Assembly: GCA_000708835.1 (NCBI GenBank) | Contig: DF237158.1 | Span: 72,999 to 136,998, forward strand | DNA length: 64,000 nt | From: Klebsormidium nitens | Lineage: Eukaryota; Plantae; Klebsormidiophyceae | Reading direction: 5' to 3' | In this document: piece by piece, positions 46,331 to 58,500 of the stretch | Layout of the letters: each line of letters opens with the position of its first letter | Numbering within the stretch: the first letter of the stretch is position 1 | Notes under the pieces: generated by a model | What the model was told of the DNA's origin: nothing | The model's input: only the letters and a program-made list of their open reading frames with translations | Databases searched by the model: none | Position numbers and translations under genes: made by a program

Positions 46331-47380
46331 GCGATTGTATAAAACACCGGAATCCTATACTCACCACCTATTTTTCGGGGCTAAGGTCATGGGAAGGTCA
46401 TAAGGTCACCTACAGAGAAACCTACGTACGGTCATCGTGTGCTGTTTGATTTGCGCTTGAAGCGATCGAAAGTACCGTAGGCCGGGACGGTGTACCCGGC
46501 CTCACCGGCCCTACGATTGTATAGCTGCTTCCGAGCAATGTAGCATCCGACCGGACGATCCGAGTCTTCTGTAGTCTGCAGTGGAATTGCGCGGGCGGAT
46601 TGATTGTAGCATTGTCGGACATTACCGTCGGGGTCCGCCATTGCAAAGTACGATATATACCTGGAGATACAGCATAAATACAATATATAAGCTCATGGGT
46701 GGCTATAAGCTTAAATAATTAACTAGGGCCGCGAATTCTTATCGATCGTGGTCGAGGTTGACTGCACATGGTACTGAAGGGATCGGAGGTTTTACAATGA
46801 TAGAAACTCTCTATACATGGAAGAATTGTTTAGAGGGCCCCCCGCGGCGCGCCGCGTTATTTATAAGCTTTGCCATGAACACGGCTTGTGGTGTGGCCGG
46901 TCTTATAAGATTGTATTTGCTAGCGCATGTAAACATGGTACACCGTCGTGAATTATATACATATATGTTCCAGGATCGACGCTAGCATGAGCGGCTGTGG
47001 TTTTGATAATGGTGCGTATGCATTCGTCACAAGCGATGATCGAAAACAGAATAAACCCGGACCATATGTGGCTCTGACAGCTATACGAGGTTCACTTTTA
47101 ATGATCGAAATGACAAGCTGATAGTACTAACACCGTTGAACGGGTGTGATTGAGGACGGCATGATTCAATCACTTCGTGCCCCATTTTGACGGGGCCAGC
47201 CTCCCATTCCCGCCACTCAGAACTCACGAGCACTTGTCCGCAATTAGCAGTATGCAACGACCACTTTATGTCGATTGCGATACCCAAACTAATGAGCCTT
47301 TGTGAGGCAATTGGTTGCTTCGAAGCTCAACATGCCTGGCTGTGATGGGAGTGTCACGTTGTGAGAGTTGATATGGAGCG

Positions 47381-50300
47381 TCAATGTGAACCAGAGCGCG
47401 ATCCGGTGCTCATTGTCCCTGCACTGCTAGTACCCCCGGGTATACTGCTGGCTGCTTTTGCACGTTGCAATTGGCGGAGCCGGAACACGTCTCTTGGTGG
47501 AGGGCGGCTTTGATTGTTGGTGGAGTCTTCAAGGGCGGAGCCTGGGCATGCCAAGGACATAGCGGTTCCGAGCAACTCGATCTAAGAGCAGTCGGTGACA
47601 CTGGGGCGAGGCATCCGATAAAGACTTTAAGCAACTGCCTGACACTTAGGCTTTGGCAGCATCATTGAGATCGAGACGTCGAACCTTATTTTGGGATCCC
47701 CGCGATCCTAAGCAGAAGCTCTGTTGGGTGCTGTGCAAACCGAAGCGCCAGCGACTTACCATGCGACTGGTTTGCTGTCGTCGTTCACATCAGAACGAGG
47801 AAATTGTCACAGAAGCAGGCCAAAAGACAAGTCTAGCCCTGTTTTTGCCCTCACCTAGATCCGGCTGTTTCCGTTTCTGCCCTGGCGACGACACCCCGGC
47901 CGGCTGCGGCGGGGCCTCTGCCTCTCCGGGCTGGCGAGGCGGGCCCTCGGGGGGCGAGGAGAAGTCGGTGCTGAGAAGCGCGGCAATCACCATGTCCACG
48001 TCAGGGGCCGGCCCTGCAGCGACGCATACACGGCCTCAGGCCAGCCGCCTAGAAGAGCGCTGAGGACCAGAAAGAGTGTGCACCAGCAGAGGAGCGCACA
48101 GCTTGTTGTGCCCCCAGCAATTGAGCACCCCGCCTTGTGCTTGCAGGCAGCCCTGGATGCTGTCGGAGCGGCTACTCAAGCAAATCGAGGGTTGGAAAAT
48201 CCATGCGTTTTACGATCTGTCATGCGACTGCATCACTAACCAACACATAACACCCATGGCCACCCGCAACGGCGCAACTTTCGACAAACACAAAGAGCGT
48301 TTCGCTTCTGGCCGCAGATAATACGAGGTCACGTCAGGCGGGCGTGCGCTGACCGTGCAGTGGCGGGATTTGATGCAGGAAGTGGAGCACGAGGGGCGGC
48401 AGCTGCTGCACGAGCGCGTCGACCAGGAACTGCGGCACCGGGGCGGCCGGGGTCGACGACGGCCGGCTCACGAAGGAGGCGGTGGGGGGGAGGCCGGCCG
48501 GCAGCGGGGGAGGGGTGGAGCGGGCTGCGCGGAAAATGCCGGGTATCGAGCAACTGAAGGGTTTACGGTCGCCAACACCGCTTCCTAGGGCGTCCCCTAG
48601 GAAGTCAGAACACTTCATCTCGTGGTCAAATCATTCAGGAGCCGGGCAAGACAGACTCAAGCTGAACCACGAACAGCAAAACGTGATCCAAAACAGGGCC
48701 TGCACCATAGGGCCTGCACCATATTGGCTGTAGAACTTGATCAAGTTGTTGCGTTGTACAACCACTAGTCCTCCAGTCTGAGCCTCTCTTGAAACTAGAT
48801 GCGAGAACACAGTCCTTTCCCCGCGCTGCGCAAGGATGCCCGGCCCCCAGCAGCATGTCCGGGAGACGTCGCGCAGTGGCTCACCTTCCGGCGGGGGCCC
48901 AGGTGGGGGCCGCGGGGGGGTCTTGCGGCGCCGGTGAGCGGCCAGCCCGTCGCCAGGCTGCTGGCGAGACGGCTGCGGCTGCCCGGTGGGCGTTTCCCGG
49001 GGGTTTAAGGGCGGGGACGGGCCCTCCCCTGCAAACCGCAGAAGAAGCAACGGCGGGCTCAAAGGTGGACATCAACGAGCTGACTCGAAGGAGCCCCACG
49101 AAAGCAGATGCCGGAGTTAGTGCTACAAGGCAGGCAGCGAGCGGGGAGGTTGCACGAGTGCCCGGCGTCGACTGCAAGCTCGGCGTGGCCCTGGAGAGCC
49201 AGTCTCGGGATGGGGCGAGAGAGCCACATACCCAGTCCTCCGTCCTGGTAGTCGGAGGCGGACGCGTGCGCTGCTGCCGAGTGTGGCAGTGGAGGCCCAA
49301 CGCTCCCTGCACCGCCCAGGACACGACGTCAGGGGCTGACGCAAAACCATGTCCGTTCGACCGAGGGGTCTCCTAGCAAAGTGGAGGAGCTTAGGCAGGC
49401 TGAAGAGGAGGAAGAGGCATACGAATAGGAGGTGTAAGAGGATTGCCAGCTACTGACAAACGTGCAGAGCAAAGCTGCCTCTGCCTACACTGGGATTCCG
49501 CAAAAGAACACCAGGCAGCTAAGATGCTCACCAGGAAAGTTTAAAATCCAAACGCGACTTACCTCCGTTTTCGAACCGGCCACTACTGCTGGCCGGGAGA
49601 GGAGAATCTGATTTTGCTGCCTGCAAAAGCGAAGCCCCGCTGTTAGATGCATGGGTTGGTTCTACGGACGTTGCATCCTAGCAGCCGCACTAGTGACGAG
49701 GATACTGCAAAAAATGCACATGGTCGTTCAGGATCAACTCTTGATCTTGTGGCACTGCTCCAGAACACAGACGATCCCGACAGCTCGCCGCAGCCGCCGG
49801 CTGCTCGTCTATGCGGTGGCCCTGTGCGGGGGCGGTGCTCGCCTGGTGCGGGTGCATGAGCGCGAGCTCGTGCGGCGCGGCGGGCCAGAGGTCCATGAAG
49901 CGGTACCGGCGGACCAGCGCCTCCAGGCCGTCCTCCGCGCGCTCACCCGCGGCCACAGCGGCCTCGCGGCGCCGCTTTTCTACCTTGAGCAGGCTGCTCA
50001 AGTCGCCGTACGTGGCCTCGAACTGCACGAAGCGGGCCCACACCTGCAAACGGATAAAGCCGGCTTTTGCTTTGAAGGGCGGCAATAATGAGGGAACCAA
50101 GCTCAGTAACAGACGACCACGTGAGCACAGCAGATGCTACAACGATGCAACGGCAGATTTGAAAGTCTGCTCTTCGACCCAGGCTTTGCAGGGGACTTAC
50201 AACCGTGCTCTCCCCCCAATTCCAAGCGTGCTCGCTGGTTCTCCTGTCCAGGCTGACAGCTATCTGAGATACTAGATTGGCTTTGCCTAAAGCGACAAGA

Positions 50301-53300
50301 GGGCACGCTCACCTTGGCGGATGCTGCAGGTGCTATGGCATTAAGTGCCCTTTCAAAGAGCACCCGGACGTTGGTATCGTCGTTCTGATGCTGCAGGAAG
50401 TCGATGTACCTGCCAATACACATACACTCGTCAACTGGTCACACGGACGAAGTTCGCCCACGATGAAGTCCATGCACGGGGAAAGGATTAGCACGTGACC
50501 AGATTACAGGACTAGCAACAGCAGTCTGACAATTGAGCAAATGGAGCACGTGGAGGGCTGCCCGTAGCGGCCTAAAGAGCACTTTGCAACGAAACTGCTG
50601 GGATTCGTGTTTATGAAATAAAAGGCTATGCAAAATGGGGTGTCTGTCTATGTAAAATGGGGTGTCTTTCTGTTTTCCGTAGCAATTTGAGTGGTGGAAA
50701 GTTCAGATTTGCGATTTTTTCGAGTAAAAGGCTATGCAAAACGTGGTGTCTATCTATGCAAAACGGGGGAACGGGAGGCCGCCCGGTAGTGGCGTGCAGG
50801 TGCTCACTGCAGGACGTATTCCGGTTCGTGGAGGTACTTCTTGAGGCCGTACTCGAAGATGTTCCTGGCGGTCTGCATGGCAAGCGCGCGCACAGGTCAG
50901 CCGCCAAGCGGGGGCGCAACCATGAGCAGGCAAGCCCAGGATTGCGCCAGTGGATTGCCCCAAGAACGGCAACTCCTTGCAAAACAGCGTGCGCTGGACG
51001 GATGGCGCTGACTGGCCGGGTGGGGCGTGAAATGGCAAGCGGCACACGAGTAGCGGGCATGCGGTGCGTACTTTGGGGTCCTTGTTGGCGGCCAGCTCCA
51101 GCTTGGCGGAGGCGACGAAGACGTGGTGGGTGCACGCTGGCGACTTGGTGGCCGTCAGAAACACCTTGCGCGCGGCGGCCATGCCCTCCGTCCGCTGCAC
51201 GAACCGCATCAGCTGCACAGGAATGAAAGGCCCCGTAGGGCAAGCGCCTTTAGCCTCTTCCGTCGAATAGAGAGGGAGAACAGAAGTCGTCACACCGGGA
51301 TGCGCTCCGGGAGGATCCTGCACATCACTCTTCTGGAACTTTTCTCCTACGGAAATAATTGCAATCTCCTCCCGTTGAGACTTGAAGCGACTGCAATAAC
51401 AGAAGTCATAAGTTGGAGCAAAAGAGCTGCCTTTCTTTGCCACACCTGGATGTGCCCGAGCGCAGAGGCGGTCTCCTCCTTGTCTAGGAGGGAGCGGTAG
51501 AGTGCCTTGGCGGCGGGGCCGTTGCCGCGCAGCTCCTCCAGCTCAGCAAATGCGTAGTGCAGGGGCACGCTGGCAGGCAGGGCCCGCAGCGCGCGCTCGT
51601 ACACGCGAGCGGCCGCCTCGGGGGAGTCGTGCTCCGCGGTCCACGCTGCGTACTCGAACCAGGGGTCCGCGTAGTGGTACAAGTAGAGCAGGCACTGCAG
51701 GGCGGCGGAAAAGGAGGGGGTGGGGCAGCAGCAGCGAGAATGAGAACAAGAGTGGCATAACAAATGAGGCGCCGCTTCCGGATATTGTTTGGCAAGTATA
51801 GCGTGAAGGAGGGCGGCTCAGTCGCCTGAAGGACAAGATAAGCCCGCGTGGGCAGAAAAGATTGAGGTCTTTGTAGTGAGAGCGGTAAGCGAAGAGGGTA
51901 CCAGCAGCATACCTGTTCGTGGGCAAAAGTCACCCGCTTTGCCAAGGTCGTTGGGTTCAGCCGTTGCGGATTGGCCCTGTAATGGGATGGCAGGGACAAG
52001 GTGAGAGATCGTCTCCGATAATCCTTGTTTTCCTTTCGCACAACATGAATGGCAAGTCTGGAGCCCGCAAAGTCTCACGAGATCATCAAACAAAGCGCTG
52101 GGGATCGGCTCCCGCACGCTGTCCTCGGCATCCCTCCGCACCTTTCAAACGCGAGCAGCTGCTTCCAGGCCGCCAGCTGCTGGGCTTCCCGAGGCATGCC
52201 TCGCGGGGGCACGGCCAGGGCGGGGCGGGCTAGGCCGTCCGTCAGCGGCTTTCGCTCGCGCAGGGCGGCCTTGGCAGCGGCGTGCCGTGGCTGGAACTCG
52301 GCCAGCGTGACCTTGGCCTGTGCAAACAGCGGGGCGGTCAGGGCGGGGCTCTGCTATGAGCAACATGCTGCCACACGGACGGGCTGTGGGCTGCAAGACC
52401 AGGAGATGCGATGCAAAGGGTAGACGGGCACAAGTATCACTTGTAGGTGCACCTTTGTCAAAACCGACATAGGTAGATTCAACACGAATGGAGGTCGAGT
52501 CTAAGCAAGAGAGTCGGTGGTTATTTTGAAAAAAAAGGCACGCCTCAACACAGGTTCTAGAAGCGAGCTGCCACTACAAAAAGCTTGATTGTCTCACGCT
52601 TTGTTTGTTGGTCTCGTTCTCAAACGCCTCGTAATCACGCCAGAGCCCCTCCACCCCGTGCATGGGAATGACAACCGCTGCCTGGTAGACCGGACGCAGC
52701 AGCCCCGCAGTACGTGTCTCGTCCGAAGGCAGCGCCCCCGCCGTCTTCTTCACAAACGCGATGTACTGCTGCCACAAGGGTGCAGCTGACACGTCCTGCC
52801 CTGTACACGAGGAACAGGTGCAGGTAAAGCGGGGAGTGTCACATGTTCAACGCTCAGCTGCTTGTAGATGTCATCACATACAACAGCGCAGTTGTGCTGC
52901 TGGCCACTTGGCCGAGATTAACTTGCCGCGCGTTGAGACAAGCGGTGCAGGCCACGGCTTCATTGAAAGTCTCTGAACACTGTTAGGGCTGGTATTTGAA
53001 AGACTTGTTGTCATGGCTGCGTCGCCTGGCCCGGTACAAGAAGCTCCCCTCGCAATCAGACCTACGCCTGCTTCTCACCCGATGTCCGGCCGCTTCGGCT
53101 CACCGCCTTGCAGGGCCGCGAACCTCAACGGGTGGACCTTCGGCTGTGGCTTGCTCACCGATATGCTGGAGGGAGAAGTCATAGGCCTTGCGGATGTCCT
53201 CAATGCCGGGCCCCCCCCGGTCCTCGTTGGTGAGCGTGATGTAGCGCAGGTAAGAGCGCCAGAGGTCCAGGTCGCGCAGCAGCGGCAGGCAGCGGCTGAA

Positions 53301-54632
53301 CACCGCCTTCACCGCCTCGTCGTCGCCCACGTCCATGTGCGCCTCCGCATACAGCCGCCAGTACGGGGCCTGAAGGAATGCGAGGGAGGAAACTGGGCTT
53401 CAAAAGATCAGAGGAGCCCAAGAAAGCACGGAGTTGAGCAGAGCGCGAGAGTGTTCGCAAGGTGCGAGAAAGCTGCCAGATTGATCACATGAGGACATCA
53501 CATGCTTGGACGGGAACTTACTGAAGTTGGGAAGACCGAGAGGAGTTGTTCGTAGATTGCAGAAGCTTCGGAAATAGGGCGCCCCTGCAAAGTGGTTGGA
53601 TGATGATCAGCTTTTGGATCTGGGTCAAAAGAAGGCCCGCACGTCTTCATCAAAGAGTCTGCAGGAAGGTTGGGGACAAGGGCCAGTGGTCACCTCCGAA
53701 GCAAGCACTTTCAAAAGCAACAAACACAGCAGAACGGACAGGATGAGGATGGGCGACTTATCTCTAAGAGATAGAGCCAAGACAGTTGTGTACCTGCGCT
53801 TCCTGGGCCAGCTCTGCCCAGGCATCCGTGTCATACTGGCTGGCTGCCACCCTCTCGCGCAGCTCCGACCCCTGGTAGAAGGCAGACAAGAGCAACACGA
53901 AACAGCGATCTAAGTAGGAACCAGCCTCCGCAGACAATCAATGAACGCATCTGAACATCGGAAGGGCGCACCTCACATAGGAGAGATTGCTGCACGCGCC
54001 CTCTACATGGAAATAGTGAGTGCAAGTCTCTGAGACCCATTCCCACCACCACGTATTGCCAGTTGCACATGAGTACACCATATTGCATCTCTTGATGACC
54101 GCCCGCAACTGTGATCATGCCATCATTCATGGATGCCCTGACTCCAGCCCGTGCATTAAGGAATGCACATTATGTCTAGTGCACCCGCGCGCCGCATACA
54201 GCTTGTGGCTAGGAGTACGAGAGATTTTGGCGTAGTTTAAAATGAAACCCCGGGACGAAACCTTCTGCCCACTATTTTGTAAAGTTCGTTCATGGACACT
54301 CCCAACCAGTGTGGAGCACGCCCATTTTAATAAGAGACAACAACAAGCTGAGAATGTGGCTCGGAGCAAGATCAGTGCTGGTGACCACAATATAACATGC
54401 AGCATTGCTTCCAGAAGGAGCGCCTCCCATCCAAAGACATGTGTCATTTGGTGACATTGAAGAGAAGACGCAGGTTTGCTCCAGGATCGCCAACCTTTTC
54501 ATTTCTTGCAGGGGGAAGCACCGAAACATGGATTTGGGGCTGCCGGCTATCGCTGGCAACGACTTTAGACCCTGCCACCGTTGGTTCTTCCCCAGCCTCA
54601 GCCCCTTCCGTCTGCATGTCCGCGAGTGTCAT
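47381..54632 (-). CDS. CSTF77: Cleavage stimulation factor 77-kDa subunit (HAT-repeat, Suppressor-of-forked/RNA14 family)
   Basis: Exons encode QYDTDAWAELAQEAQ|GRPISEASAIYEQLLSVFPTS|APYWRLYAEAHM...VFSRCLPLLRDLDLWRSYLRYI, VIPMHGVEGLWRDYEAFEN, LMRFVQRTEGMAAARKVF, NIFEYGLKKYLHEPEYVLQ|YIDFL...NVRVLFERAL, LVRRYRFMDLWP, DVDMVIAALL, GQKRKQP and the terminal PPPRDVFRLRQLQRAK...SGSH* (stop 47381-47383). The first exon and ATG (54632 or 54617) are uncertain; the first secure exon is 53871-53794. Confidence 0.92.
50626..50769. repeat. Intronic 22-bp minisatellite, four copies in two pairs, within a CSTF77 intron
   Basis: CTATGCAAAATGGGGTGTCTGT-like units at 50626, 50648, 50732 and 50754 (last one partial). 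Confidence 0.7.
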
Positions 54633-55522
54633 TCCTAATTGGCTCTGTGGATTCAGCAAGAGTACACCGCCCCTTTCTCCACGAACCCAGGATATTCAAT
54701 GCTGTTTCAGCATTAGATTAGTTCGACAATTTGAAACAACGGATAAAGAATAAGCTGTCAATCGACCAAACCTCCTTGTGAAGGAAAACATGCACTTCTT
54801 CGGCGACGCACCCATGCCCTCCTATCTTCCTCCAAGTCCCCCGTTGTCCTTGAGGCTACTTAGCTCTATCGACTTCATGTGGACTTGAGCTCATTCTTCC
54901 GGAACCTACAAGTGCTCAATTGCCTTGACAATGAATCTGGCAGTGGTATACAACTGAGCAAATCCCAAATGCTGCAGTCTCTGTCGCGTCGGCGTCTCTG
55001 CCATTGCGCCACTGGATTGAGCGACGAGCAGACGGCATTCTCGCGAGGTTTGTATTAGCCCAACCCAGAATCTAAGAAGTCTTAGTGGCCGGTACAAACT
55101 TCATCCGCAGCCCGTCAAGAAGTACAACGTGTACACCATTACCAGGCTCCAACCGGGCTGCCACACAACCGTTACCGATAACTCGCGGGTGCTCGTGCAT
55201 TGCTTCATGTCGCCCTACATTTGAGCAGGCCCAGCCGGAGCTTGAGCCTTGACTACCTGAGCCTCTCCTGCTACAGCCAGTGCAAGTTGCTGAGCTCTTT
55301 GAAGTTGTCTGGCCGGCTTCAGAGTCAGAGGTTGGAACTTGGAAGGAGGAGGCGCACATTTTTGAAGGCAGTCTCAGGAGCAGACCTGTGCCAAAAGCTC
55401 TGGTTTGATTGTTCACAAATCCATTCTTGTATCAACATTACGTCTACACAAGGTTGTGTACGAGTGAGTAGAATTTTGCAGGAGGCCCTAGAGTACCCTG
55501 CTCTCTGTTGGTGGTTGTCATA

Positions 55523-58500
55523 ATGAAGCTCTTCATCGAGGTGGAGATAAGCCCGGAGGAGCTGCCGGCGGCTGCTGAACTTTTCAAAACCCTCCGGTAA
55601 GGGGAACTGGGAGATTGCTTAGGATGCAGGCTGCGCAAAGAACAACCCCTCTGTGGGGTACTCATCAATTAGTCTGCTCATTGCGTAGAGGTTGAGCTCT
55701 TGTCTGAAGACTGGTCTAACAAGAAAGGAGTTTTACGTACCACTGCGGTCCGTCACGTAGTTTTAAAGGAGAATCAACGCTCTTAATCTAGGACTTCCGC
55801 TTATCTTTCTCTTGTCTTGCGCTCACAAACATTACGTGTCCTACATTGAAAATTGCATCATTGAGATGCAGCAAGTCCTTGTATTTGGCTCGTTGGAGAA
55901 TTGCTTCCTGACCATACCTGACAGAATGAGCAGTTAGCTCGTTCCGTTGTTTTGGACAAATTGTTGATTGCATAAACTTGAGATGTCCAAACGGGCTTGA
56001 TAATGGTGGTGATTTATGTGATCGTGATTGAAAATATCTTTCTCTGTTTCTGTGGTTCAACGTGGGGTTTCCCTTCCTGTGCAAGGATGTCTTTGTCCAT
56101 GACTGACAGCGTTCTTACAGAATTGACTCCGAAAATTGCCTGTACAAGGCCGTTGCAGCAGCAGTCCAGCTTTTGGTCGAAGTTGGAAGGGCTAGAAGCG
56201 TCAATCAAAGAAAGGAATTGAGGGAAAAGCATGCTTCTCTCCCGGTCGCTGTCAGCGATCTGCGGAGTATTCACCAGGTTTGAATTCGTCTCTTTCAGGA
56301 CCCTGACCGAGCATGTAAAGATTCGCACCCCTGGCGCTGCCCCCAGCCACGCTGTTGCTGCGCAGCCGCCGCCTGTCCCGCCGCCTCTCCAGGTCCCCCC
56401 ACAGCAGACTGCGCCCCAGGCGCCGCCGCTGCAGGCCCCCCCTCCTCAAAACAACCTGGCCCAGGTGTGGCCGCTGCTGATCAAGAAGCTGTCCGACGCC
56501 AACCAGCTGAACCAGGTCGCTTCCGACATCACCAGGCTCCTACAGGCGGGAACAGACACCGACAAGGTGGGGCCGCTAGCCTGCCGCACAAGGCCCAAAG
56601 TCTGGTGGTGCCCAGAGGGCTTCGAAGTTGACATCCAAAACATTGGAGGACTGGAGGACGTGAAGAACAGAACGGTGTACTCCCAAGACGTTTCACTACG
56701 ATAGACAGTGGGGAAAGTCGTTTGAGTGATACAGAGCCTTAATGAGCATGCCCCATAAGTTTTTCTGCGGTTTATTCTGTCAACAATTTGTTTTCCGCTG
56801 TGCAGAGTTTCAAGGATTTCCAGCAAGCATTTGTGAATGTCGTCTTCGACAAGGAGCTCGTCATGCGCCAGCAGAGTGTGGTTCCCTACATGTACCTAGT
56901 GCCCAGGTGAGCGCGCCATCGACAGCGGTCTGAGGGCCTCCACCGTCAATCTGTACCAGCATGCTTTTGATCCATACTGCAAAGCGAGCACAACCAGAGT
57001 CTGCGCTTCTTTCCGTTCTCTACAATCTACAAGGATGCACTTGCCACTGGTGGGTTCCGTTGTTTGTCCACGTGATGGTATTTAGTACCGCTTGTCAGTG
57101 CGAGTTGTGAACTTGACAATTGGGTCCCCTTGCAGACTTCCTGAGCCCTTCAAAGGCAAGTTGAGAGATGATCTGATTCCTCGAGTAAGTGCCTTTCATC
57201 CAAAATCTTTCCATTTTTTGCAACCCATCTCCAAAATCGGATGATAGAAGGTTTTGTAACTTGCCAGACTTCTTCATTTGCTGTGATCCGGGATTGTTGC
57301 GGTTGCAAACAGGCAGTTGTTGGTCGTCACAAAGTTTGACATCGCCGTTTCGGCCTCAGTTGCATCGAAGTTCGAAGAATGATGAATGGCCCGGTGCCTT
57401 TCCCTGCTCTTTCTGCCGCTTACCTGTACTCGCCCGCTTTGCTGATTCGCAATCGCTGTCGTTCGCCTCAGGTTTTGAAGCACTTGACGGTCAAGCGGCC
57501 AGTCGATGCCAGCCGGGCGGACTTCTTTGCTCAGGCGGAAGCGTTCGCTGCCCTGGTCAACATGGAGTTTGTCTCGATCACGGGTGAGACAACCCCGCCC
57601 AGCACTGCACCGCCGTGCCAGGCCGTTTCAATCGTATGTCTCCTCGATCTTCCCCCACCCCGTTCTGCAGCGTACAGGGTCGGAGTTCGCACGGAGTTGT
57701 TGCTTCGGGCGGCATTGACTTGCAGTCGATTCCCTGTTGTCAACGATCTGTGTTCCTGTCCCGTGCTGTGTTGCCCTTGTGGCAGGTCTTCTCAGTTGCG
57801 TTACTTCCTGTTGCTGCAGGTGCGGTGACCACGATCATCACTCTGTTGAAGAAGCCGGAGAACCGGTGTGCGGCCATCACCATGCTCGGGAAGACGGTCG
57901 AACTCTGCCTGCAACAGGTACGCTGCTCAGAAACGACTGCGGGGAACCCGCCCCGTCAGAGTGGGATACTGTAATGAATTCCTTTGTCTGAAGCATCTTC
58001 GTTTACTTTGGAACCAGGTGAAGCAAGCGTTTTGCTCGATAAGAACTGATGGAAGGCCGGCCACTTGACGAGTCCTGAAGTTGTCGTCTACAGGAGTCCT
58101 TCCTCCGTACTATATCAGCATTGTGCTCTGACGAGATTGCGGTTTGCCCGATTCTGACTGTTGGCGCTCGCCGGCCTGGTGCAGTTGACGGAGAAGTGCG
58201 AGCCGGAGAGCCTGAACAAGTTGCGGGCAGCCCTGCTGGAGGTCACGGAAGATGCGTTCCAGTGAGCGCCGCGCTGCTCACTCTGGAGTTTACCGCAAAA
58301 GCTTGACTGAAGGACAGCTCGTGACTTGACCTCCTAAGAGTGGCATCACGCAATGCTTGTCGAGGCATCGTGACGGGGCAGTAGGCCAACCAGCTTTGGT
58401 CTGCTCACATGCTGTCTCTGCTTGCTCTGCTGCAGTTACGACGTGGAGTACATCGAGGAGAGCATGGGCTGGACGCGGCAAGCCAACGGGATGCCATCCG

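Noticed and set aside
46707-46860. Run of restriction-site palindromes (AAGCTT, GAATTC, ATCGAT, GGGCCC, CCGCGG, GGCGCGCC) suggesting a vector polylinker
   Set aside because: Sites are scattered among native-looking sequence with no vector backbone; short palindromes are enriched throughout these intergenic regions.
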